NCBI GenBank assembly: GCA_020536535.1 | Contig: JAHLWZ010000912.1 | Coordinates: forward strand, 1-49,706 | Direction of reading: 5' to 3' | Source: Pelomyxa schiedti | Lineage: Eukaryota; Protista; Evosea | Length of the DNA stretch: 49,706 bases | Part shown: positions 12,400 through 22,717 of the stretch, piece by piece | Layout: each line of letters opens with the position of its first letter | Position numbering within the stretch: position 1 is the stretch's first letter | Translations under genes and position numbers: made by a program | The notes under the pieces: model-generated | Database searches by the model: none | Told to the model about the DNA's origin: nothing | What the model saw: only the letters and a program-made list of their open reading frames with translations

Positions 12400-13622
12400 T
12401 CAAGGGGAGGAGAACATATATATTTGTTGATCTGGGTAAGACTGGTAAGGGTCATCCCCTGTAAAAACGGGGCTATAGTTGTAAATTAGCACTGATTGCT
12501 CATAGTCTTGGGATGCAAAGAAATGCCGGCTATTCCTCACTTGTGATGCGAATGCCTTGGTGGGTGGTTTTAATACTTGTATTGTGACAAATGGGGATAG
12601 AAACCTGTGCTACGTAGTTCATTGCTTTGGAGGCAAGGTATGAGTGATCAAGATTTTCGGGGAGATCCCATTCGTACAGATTTCTTTCGCCATGCCACTG
12701 TGTACCAAAGAACTATTCAAGGTCATTTCATGGTAATACTGTCCACCTCACCATACAGGATATTTCTTTCCTTCCATTGTGCTTACAAACGGTAGCCCTT
12801 GCCTATCAACATTTGTTGAGAGTACAGTGTACATGTTCGTAAGTGCTTGATTGGAATAGAAAACGTCAGGAATTATGCCATTGACATGCAGGTTCATGGT
12901 GGATGCCTGTCCAGAGAGTGCTTCTATTACGTCAACAGGGGCATTTCCTAGAAGAATGCTTGTGGAATACTCTGGTGTCAGTGCAAGTGGCAGGGCGAGG
13001 TTTTCTGCATCATAGGCATCATATTGGAGGACACTTTCATCATTTGCAGTTAATATGCACAGTATTTCAAAACCAAGGCAGGTTCCTTTGAAAAGTGAAC
13101 AAAAAGCTAGGAAAATGCAAGCAAGGTAATAAACACTACCCCAAATAGGAAAGGGATCCCCAGAATCAAACGATGCAATGGCACTGTCATAAATGTGCTT
13201 TGTTGCTTGCATGAAAGTACTGTTCATTGCCAATGAGGTTCCCCCACCAGGAAACAAGACACCGTTCAGTCCTGCCAATAATCTTCGCGAAGAAGAGCGG
13301 TTATTCCAAACAAGCAAGGAATAAGAAAAGAAACATGTCCATATCCACAAAGTCCATATTGTAAGGTATAACAGCTACCCTCAATCCAGCCGATTCCAGC
13401 CATTTCTACCCTCGTAATATAGATAAGCAACTGCAAAAGGCAATTGTTGTTGCTTACAACATATCCGGCAGAAATCGATTGGTCCCCGTACGGCGTCAAC
13501 GTGGGGTCGCTCTCGGGCTGCGTAATGATTCCCACAATGGGCCTCGTGGTGCCCCCTCCAATAACTGTTACAACACCCAAGCAACAAATCCAGAACAGAA
13601 GCCATGACAACCGACACCCCAT
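12400..13622 (-). CDS. GGH: Gamma-glutamyl hydrolase (peptidase C26, folylpolyglutamate hydrolase), secreted/lysosomal
   Basis: Signal peptide, RPIVGIITQP, SISAGYV, NGVLFPGGG, FPIWG|TCLGFE (catalytic Cys), NLHVNG, FVSTMEGKKYP. Confidence 0.9.
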
Positions 13623-13778
13623 TCGCCAGAGAATCAGCTTCGTCGAATTGATATCGAAATTCTGATTAGCTGTGGCATCGAAGCTGATCGGAACCACGCA
13701 CACGCTTTTTTCAAGTTGAGGCACCTCGCACCACAGAGCACAATCTTGAATCTTCATATACAACGCAACTACAACAAG

Positions 13779-15468
13779 ATGCAGGACGACTGCAACGCAT
13801 CCGCGTCCGCCCTCGTACCCACCAACAGCGACGATGCCGAGGGCCAAAATCTAGCGGGGCACAAGAGGCCCAAGGAGGAGAAGGAGGCTGAGGCGGAGGA
13901 GGAGGCCGTGTGCTCCACACCAGACACAATCTCCCCACCCTCGCCAACAGGCACAATCTCGAGCACCGCCACTACCGCCGCGGCCGCCCCGCCGCGCCGC
14001 CACAAGCCACGCCGATGTCGCCAACATCATCGCCGCACATCCAGCCCCGCGCCCCCGGCCGAACCCTGCACCCCCGCTACCACTACCACTACCACGCCCC
14101 CGACCACGACCACGCCCACGAGCACGAGCACGAGCACGAGCACCGCGGCTACCACCACGACGACCAGCACCACGTCTGCGGCCGCGGAGGCAGAGGAGCA
14201 GGCGGCACCAGGCCCGGCAAAGCGTAGACGCAATCACAGGCATGTCTCCAAGCCCAAGATGGAGAAGCTCCCTGGGAGCGATGGCAGACGCGGCACGCAG
14301 GAGCTGATATTGCCCCGTGGTATCATATATCTGGTTTACATTTACTATGAGATACCGCACTCACGTCGCGCCTGGCACCTGGCGCATCGCACATGCGAAC
14401 TTGATTGTACACGGGACTTCCATGGTGACTTGTTGTTATCCCAGATAAATTGTCTATGTCAGTTCTCTCCTCGCGTAGGGATCGCAAGAATTGGGGAAAA
14501 CTCTTCAAGCATAAGTATCGGAACCACAAAAAAATTCAGATCTTCACTGCCCAAACCAAAATGTCTGCGAGGATGTATGTGTTCGTCTCTTTGTCTGTCT
14601 GTCTGTCTGTCTGTCTAATCCAAAATTACAGGGAACCTGACGAAAATACAAAGTACAATGAAAGAATTGCGGCTTTTCAGAAACTGAAGGGAAATGGTGC
14701 TGAGTATGCACTATGAGCCTCAATCAGCTTTAGGAAAACTGACGCCCTTCTTAGGTTCACTTCCTTTTGGTTACAGGCCTTTGTTGGAAAGAAGCCACGC
14801 TCACGTTTAAGCAAGGTCGTTATACTATGTGCGGAAGGTTCCGAGGAACCAGGAACCACCCGCTGGCGTGGCTGGTTGGAGGGGAACATCAGCGTAGAAA
14901 GGATATTGCTGGACATGTCAGAATACTTCCCAAGGGCTCAACTGTTCATAATTAGCTGCCCTCACGCTTTTGGGAACTCTGAGAGGGTTGTGGCTATGCA
15001 AAGGGCCCTGCAAGAGGTTGCAGACAAGCGGCAAACCCCTGTTTGGTTGGCTGGTCACATTGGGGATGGGGGAAGTGGCGAAGGGCTGGTCGGGCCCATT
15101 GGACCAGTTGGACGTGACAAAGAGTATGACCTCGTGACTACATTTATCCAGTAAGGCAGCAGCATTTCTTCTCTTTGAGTGACACTCTTCAGGTACAGTG
15201 GAAAAATGATCCCAGAGTTTGAGGTCCCCGATGATGCCGTTATGATTCTGCTGAAGGCCACTCCACAGCTGTCACCATCTACAACCACAAATACTTCTGT
15301 CATTTGTAAAGCCCTATTGGAACCAGACCAACCCAGACCAGCCCACCCCAAACAACAATGACAATGCTCATGTATGATTTTCTGTTGTTGTCTCTTCAAT
15401 TTGGGATAGACACGAAGTTGGGCTGTGTGCATTTGGATCATCACAATCCACAACAAACAACCTCTTTG
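13779..15468 (+). CDS. Hypothetical protein with low-complexity Thr/Pro/Ala N-terminus and basic NLS-like motifs (3' end uncertain)
   Basis: ATG at 13779 and GC-rich first exon (PAKRRR). Several downstream exons are separated by GT-AG introns. Confidence 0.55.
14592..14616 (+). repeat. (TGTC)6 microsatellite within a predicted intron
   Basis: tgtctgtctgtctgtctgtctgtct seen directly. Confidence 0.85.
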
Positions 15469-15736
15469 AAGAGGAGGCGTTTAGGGCCAAGTGACTGCGA
15501 AGTTGGGAAAACGGACTGGGCCCTTCACTGGGAAAGAACTCGTTGGAAGAACTTGTTGAAAAATGGCAACTCCATGACTGTTTACGACTCCTTGAGCTGA
15601 AGTGTACTGTGACCTCCGCAGTCCCACCATTCTTCCTTTTTTTAGGTTTCATCTGAAACAGCCCTGGCGCTTTGCGTCGTCTGGGTGGAAAACGAAAACG
15701 AAAAACCTAAAAAAAAATCGAAACCAAACGAGCTTG

Positions 15737-17098
15737 ATGAGTTCGACAAGTACTGGGCGCAACAGCGAGTTCCACATCGTGCAGGGCAAGGAGTACGAGG
15801 AGGAGGTGATGAAGATGGCCAGGCAGTTCTCTACCCCGTCGCGGCGCCACGTAGCCTCCCCTTCCTCCAAGTTGGTGGCCTCCTCGCCCCTGGCGTCCTC
15901 GCGCGCGCCGTCCGTGTCTGCCGCCGCCGCCACCACGACCACCACGACCACGGCGGCAACCAAGCTGGGGGGCTCGTCGCCGGCCCCGGCGCACCGCGGC
16001 GGCGGGGGAGGGGGCGCCGCGGCGGCGTCCAAGCTGGGGTCGCCGGCGCGCACAAAGTCGGCGGCGGCGATGGCCGCGGCGGCGGCGTCCTCGTCGTCGC
16101 CGGCGAGGAGCGGCAAGGCAGGGCCGAGGACGCCGACGGCAGCGACGCCGTCGTCGACGGCCAAAAGGAGGAAGTCGATCTTTTCGGGCATGAGGTTCGG
16201 AACGCCAAGTAAAAAAGAAGCCGACAAGGTAAAAGGGAGAGGGGGGGGCTTAGCTGATTTGAATTTGTGGAAATGGATGTTAAATGTCTCCACACATACA
16301 TAACTCTGGGGATGGATTCTTGTGTTTTCCTCTCAATGGTTAATGCTTAGGTTGCTCCCCCAACACCCTCGATGATTACACCACCTACACCAGGCGCTAC
16401 CCACCTACTACCACCATCAACACCAACAACGGGGTCAACTCCTGAGAGCAATACCATACCAGAACAGATGGCTCAACTCATACAAGAAAATGAGCGACTT
16501 GCCAAAGAAAACGCCAAGCTCAAGGCAATGTATTCTGACCTCGATACAAAGTTTCGGCACCAGGTTATTCCTCAGCAGGATTTGATTAATTTCACCCAAC
16601 AACCAATTCAGAGAAAGAAGTTCAAGACACAAGCTACAGAGCTGGATGAGGCAGTGCACAGGGCAGAGGAGGCTGAACTAGCAGCAGGAAGTGCCGCTGA
16701 GCAAGTGAAAGCAGCAATGAAGGCAGCTGCCAATTCAGCCGAAGCTGCTGCTTCAGCCGCCACTGCAGCCAGTCTTGCAACAGCCGCCGCTGAGGAGCTG
16801 AAAGCCAAATTCAAACTACTGCAAAACGAAAAACCAGCAAACACATCCGCATCCGCATCCGCATCTGCATCAACACCTCGCACACCAACTCGCACCAAAC
16901 CTCTGACACCCAAGATGGCTTCCAGGAGAACTCTCACCCCCACTTACTTTGGAAGGTCACCAAGCAAGCGGTTCAAGGTACACCCCATTGAACCTTCAAC
17001 AGGGTTGACAGCCATACTCACTTTACACACAGTTCCACCAAGTTGAGGTCACTGATCCCAAGAGCTACAGATCCCTAGACGCAATCACTGGCCTGTGA
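15737..17098 (+). CDS. Hypothetical coiled-coil, S/T-P-rich protein
   Basis: GC-rich exon 1 with many SP/TP sites, coiled coil QLIQENERLAKENAKLKAMY...AEELKAKF, and last exon FHQVEVTDPKSYRSLDAITGL*. Confidence 0.65.
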
Positions 17099-17256
17099 TG
17101 ATTTGATTGTATTGTAAAACCACCAATGCCCCCCCCCTCCTGCCTCCTGAGTGTATCACCCCACAACCAACAAGGTTCTCTTTTCATTTAAAAAAAAAGA
17201 CAAGCAAACGAAAAGGAAAACAAAACAAAAAGAAAAACCTCTAAAGGCCACAACAG

Positions 17257-19012
17257 ATGTCTGGCGTCACGGCGGTGATTTTCGACATGGACGGCGTACT
17301 TGTGGACTCGAAGCGGGCGCATTTCGAGTCGTGGGCGAGGCTGGCCACCGAACACGGGCTCGTGCCGCCGACCGAGGCCGAGTTCGAGGCCACGTTTGGC
17401 CGCACGTCCGTCGATGTGATGACCAAAGTGGACGCTCCTAGGTGGAGCGCTGCTCTGCAGACCCACACCGCGCAGCAATTGGATGACAGGAAGGAGCAGC
17501 TGTTTAGGTGAGACTGATATCATTCTCTCTCTCTCTCCATCTATCTCTCCCTTTTCTTCGATGGAACTTAATGACGATTGTGGCGCTGGGGATGGTGGGG
17601 CAGGGATGCGATGGAGAATAACTTTCCGGCAATGCCACGTGTGGATGAGGTTGTGGGGGCACTTCATGGCAGTGGATTGGCTTTGGCAATAGGGTCATCG
17701 GGCCCTCCTATGAATGTCCAACTGGTCCAAAGAAAGCTCCCTTGTGGGGGGTTGTTTCATTGCATTGTCGATGCTTCACAAGTTAGTTGCAGCAAACCAC
17801 ACCCACAGGTTATCCATGTCCTCGTCGCCTCTTACCTATTGTACTTTTTCAAACATCTTAACTCAGGTTTTCTTGACAGCTGCAAGCAAGTTGGGTGTAC
17901 CACCTACCAAATGTTGTGTAATTGAAGACGCCTGTGTTGGCATACAGGCAGCAAGGCGTGCTGGTGTGAATACTCGCTCACTTTCAGTATTCCTCCTTAC
18001 TCATTCATCTCAGGAATGTTTGCTGTGGGAGTTGTGGGCACAACTACAAGGCCGGAATTAATTGCAGCCGGTGCCCATCTTGTCGTTGCTGCACTCGGTG
18101 ACATTACACCAACTCTTATCCAGAATCTTTGCCGTGTCCCACGTAGACGGTTCCCATACAGACCATACAGTCTTGGACACCGAGGCAAATCCTTTGCTCC
18201 CTAAACTTGTGCTGACGTACCATGCCGACTAAAGCGTACATCAGGTGCTAGATCACATGCTCCGGAAAATACACTGCTCAGTTTCAAGCAGGCACTGGCA
18301 TTAGGTTGTGACAGGGTTGAATGTGATATAAGGCTTACACGGGATAATCAGTTAGTTGTAATTCATGACGCTGCGGTAAACAGAACCTCAAACGGTACTG
18401 GACTTGTGGTTGCATTAACACTTGAGGTTTTGATGAGCTATTGTTATTAAGACGGCTTATAACTACACAACAGGAATTGCTTGCATTTGACTTCGGGTCT
18501 GGCGAGAAGATACCAACGTTGGACCAACTGCTTGAACTGGTGAAACCTTCAGGCAAAACTCTGCACATCGAATTGAAAGGTTTTTTTTTCTTCTTCACCT
18601 CCGGTCTATTTACTTTCCACTCCAACTAGAGCCTGGTTGTGAAGAGAAGATGGTTGCAGCCATATCTCGGCATGGCATGAGAGCCCAGATCCTTGTGATA
18701 AGCTTTTTCACTGAGCTACTCTCAATCACCAGGAAGCTCGATCCAGGAATTGCCTGTGCGGCCCTGTATTCTGGCCATCCCCCTTCTCCCTCAGAGGCAC
18801 AGTCTCTTGGTTTCAAGGAAGTAGGATGTTTCCACAACGAGATTGATGCTCCATATGTTGCTGATGCACACAGACATGGTTTGCTGGTTCATTGCTTTAA
18901 TCCTGATACCCCAGACCAAGTGAGGCGTGCAGTTCAAATCGGTGTTGATGGTATTGGGTCAAACAAGCCAAAGATGCTTATTGACACTCTAGACGAGTTG
19001 TCAAAAATGTAA
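17257..19012 (+). CDS. HAD-superfamily phosphatase (beta-PGM/CbbY-like) fused to glycerophosphodiester phosphodiesterase (GDPD)
   Basis: HAD motifs IFDMDGVLVDS, IGSSG, SKPHP, IEDACVGIQAARRAG. No stop before the GDPD motifs GHRG|ARSHAPENT, VECDIRLTRD, VVIHD, IPTLDQLL, HIELK, GVDGIGSNKP. Confidence 0.85.
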
Positions 19013-19043
19013 AACAAACAGAAGGAGCATATAAACTCTTAAT

Positions 19044-20214
19044 TTATATCCAATGGCAAATTGGCCCCAAGAAGATGAAGACTCCCAACTCAAATAGTAA
19101 AAGAGAAACCGGGAGTGCCACTTTAATAACGGGATACGGAATTCCATGCATCCAGCACGCAAGAACGAAAGCACTGAGATATCCTAGTGCAGGTATCAGT
19201 TGAATTCTTTGAAGGAGATGCGTACCAAAGAGCATCACGTTACTCATTGAGAGGAAGTCAGCGCCTCCCCACCTTGAGTACTTAATTTGGGTTTATAGGT
19301 GCTGGGCAAAATACCAGGAGTATTTGAAAGTGATAATTCCCATTGGATTCAAGAGAAATAGTTGCAAGGCAGCAGCAAAAATTGCGCCCATAAATGCCCA
19401 CATCAAACGGGCAGGAAGGCAGAAGAAAATCATTTTCTTGGATGGTATGAATAAACTGAAAACAAAACCCAGGAGTAGAGTAAGGAACACTGATTCCATA
19501 TTGAGGCCAACCTAAAGTTCAACATTAAGGGTATGTTTCTTCAGTGGTGTGTCTTACAGTCAATTGCATTTGAGTCTTAAGAGGATTTGAAATCCAAAGA
19601 GGACTGTAGTGTGTAAAGTGAAAAAATAAGGCATTCAGCAGCTCGCTGGCAAATATAACAGCTAATACGGGATCAGAGTGACAAGAAGATAGCATAAGGT
19701 TCTACCAGAGAACATCAAGCCGCCTGCAATAGTACTAAAATCTGAGGATTTGAAAGAAAACCCATAGAATCCTAAAGTGATCAAACACATGAAAATGGGA
19801 GAATCCTAAGCACAAGGTTATCGGCATTTCACATCACCACTAGCAAGGTGCCAGTCAAATGCACACATCCAGTTTAGTGGCATCGAATTTTCTGCTGGCG
19901 TCAAATGCAGCCTTTGCCAGCGGCAATTCAGAGCGCGATGGCATTTTGTCGATCTCCTCGCGCACGCGTTGTACGACGCCGACGTAAGCAGCATAAACGT
20001 AGACTGAGAAAAAGACTATCCACACACCGGTCTCCCACGCACGCCGCCACGAGATCTTGGTGTTGTTGTCGCGACTTGTGTCTTCGTCGGCGTAGTGGTG
20101 CAGTCGCGGCGACACCTTTGTTGACTGGTTCTTCATTGCGTGCATCCTTGGGAACTTGATTGTCGACTTGTTGGTGACCTCACCACCAACTGTGCTCTTC
20201 GTAACCGTTGGCAT
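19044..20214 (-). CDS. Polytopic membrane protein of unknown function
   Basis: Spliced exons give about 7 hydrophobic segments (WIVFFSVYVYAAYVGVV; IAGGLMFSAVIFASELLNALFF; VGLNMESVFLTLLLG; ...) and end GPICHWI*. Confidence 0.7.
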
Positions 20215-20416
20215 TACTCCCCGGTCGCCCGTCGTCCGATCGCTCAAACACAAAAATCTGGTTGTTATGATCTATGCAGAATGCCAAATACAACTGTTCT
20301 TGCTTACTTCCCAGTAATTTCTTTTGTTTTGTGTTGTGTGCATCCCTACAAAATTGATTGTGGTTGTTTGGTTGTGGGATAAAAGATTTTCAAGGGCATG
20401 TTTAGGTGCCCTGATC

Positions 20417-22626
20417 TCAAGGGTCTGATACAAGCTGATCCCAGTCTGCCACTGTGAGTAGGAATTGCCCCAGTGTGTAGGAGCTGCACACCGTGGTTCC
20501 GTTTACCAATGGCCAGAGGATCCTGAGCATAGGCCTGCTGATGTCAGCCGGTCGGAAAAGGCTGAGAACCTCCCGCCACTGATCTGCAAGTCTTGCTGGA
20601 GCCTTTTCGCGCGGACCGATACTGAACTCTATGGTACTCAGAACCTGCATGTGCATGAGGAGGAATATCCAAATATAGAAAAAAAAAAATACATACCGAA
20701 GTAAGGCTGATTTGGAACTTGTGCCAGACCCACAGTGCACAGCCTCGCTTATTGTTCTCGATCAATCCAACAAAGAGAGAAGCTGCGTCCTCCAGGTTGG
20801 AACTGTTAATATCAAATTCTGACACTAACCACTTGACAACTTTGCTGGAGAAACATGTGTACTTTGTCAATATACTTGAAATTTCTTCCCGGGAGAACGC
20901 AGCGAGTGACACCAACTCCTTTACCTGTGATAAGGTACCGAATGTCGAGAATGATTTCAGCACAGTAAGGCACCACACCTGTGGCAACACCCCGGCTTTC
21001 AGGAGTGACAAGCCGGAGTTGATGAGTGTAGGACTGTCCTGCTGCACCTCTTCAGCCATGGTCGGTGAGAAAGTCACATCGCACTTGCCACCGCACTTGT
21101 CAAATAGCCACTTTATGCAATCGCGCTGGGTTAAATAACCTCTGTATTTGTGTATCGGAGCAAACACATAACACACAGGTTTCAGAAAAACGACTGGCTT
21201 AGCACTGTATATCCGGAGATAGAGCGCAATAAGCCACTCAACGATCTTTTCGTTCTGCAAACAAATTGCCCTCTGAAGTGAATCCAAAAGTATCTTAGAG
21301 CTAGGGGTAGTGGCGGTGTCAATAAATATCTTTTGGTACAACCACTTGACAAAGTTCAAGTTGTCTTCTCTGTTTCCACACGCAGCAATGAGGTCTTTGG
21401 AACTAAACGTGACAGATTTCTCTTCATTGAACCACACTGCAAGTTCAATACTTGGAAACATCTCGCACCAGGCAGTACAAATCTCCTTGCTCTCTTTTTC
21501 TCCAGACTTTGTAAAAATCCACTTGAAAACTTCTGGGTGCTTTGGTATTCTCGAGTCATCGACAAAGAAGGATCTAAATTCGAGATGGAACTTATTTTTG
21601 AGCCACTTGCACACTGAGAGAACTTCATCTGCTGATGATTTTTTGCAGCGGGCAGCTGAGACACAGACCACCGAAGAGGAGTGTCTCCACTGGGGGAATG
21701 CCTCCACAAGTCTCTTAATGTCCTGAACTCCATGCTTTGGCTTTAGCAAAGAGCTTACTTCCCAATTTGTGTCTGCAAATGAGAACTGGCTTGTGAGCCA
21801 TAAAAGGAGGTCCACTTGAACACCAATGATTGCATTCAGCAGTGCCCGCCGGTTCCACCGTTCCTCATCAATGGGAAATGCGGAAAGTACCCACTTGAGC
21901 ACATCCAGGTGCCCTCCTTTGCATACTCCTTCAATTAACTCAATAATGCCCCGCTGACTCCACACTTCGTTAACGAACACTCTAATGTCATCATTAGACA
22001 ACGCCAGGTCGCGGGTCAACTTTCATATGGTAAGTCAGATTGCCAAGGGAAAAGAAAATGAGAACCTTTGGATAGTCAGCTCCAGAAGAGGAGTAACCGG
22101 CAGGGAAGAATTTGGCAGTAGGGAGCAGCCACTTAACTGAGCCCCAAGTTACACCCCTCTCCACAAAAGACCTGGCGTCCTCCAAATGCCCACCATGACA
22201 CAGTCCAACTAACACAGCAACACTCTCCTTGGCTTCCCTCATTGCCTTACGTGTCCTGCTACCTAAGATATCACCACAGTCACTGCTGTTACTGTTGCTA
22301 TTGACATTGTGATTGTGGTGTAACAGCCACGAGGCACAACGTGGGCACCTTGACATTGCACAGCACCTCAGAGGGAAGTAGTGCGAAATTGGGCAGTTGG
22401 TGCGGTGACGTAACATCGACGTCACCGCACTGCAACACAGCGCCACGAGGGGGAACATGGCCTCGCCGACGCTCAGCAACGTGATTATGGGTTTGGCGGT
22501 CACCCTAACCACCACGTCGCGGTCCGTTGGAGGGCACAACCACGGGCGCACGACGTTGTCCCACACAAGACGGGACACTCTCAGCACCAGTTCTTTCTGG
22601 GACTCCTTGTGTGTTGCCGTGATCAC
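20417..22626 (-). CDS. Degenerate ankyrin-like repeat protein (expanded lineage-specific family); start codon not identified
   Basis: Repeated motifs LCHGGHLEDA, VCKGGHLDVLKWVLS, AACGN..NLNFVKWL, FSSKVVKWLVSEF. Three exons. Confidence 0.65.
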
Positions 22627-22717
22627 GGAACGATCAGTTTTTTTGTGATGTCACGTAAAGTTGTACTCCCTTCCAACGGAAAAAATTTTTGAAAGGATAG
22701 TGGTTGGTGGGGTTTGA

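Noticed and set aside
14080-14175. acc/acg/agcacg repeats as an array or His-Glu repeat protein
   Set aside because: Simple coding low complexity (poly-Thr, Thr-Ser) in the main frame.
18202-18204. Stop-codon readthrough or alternative genetic code linking HAD and GDPD
   Set aside because: A GC-AG intron removes the stop and restores the exact GDPD motif. Other genes end with ordinary TAA, TAG or TGA.
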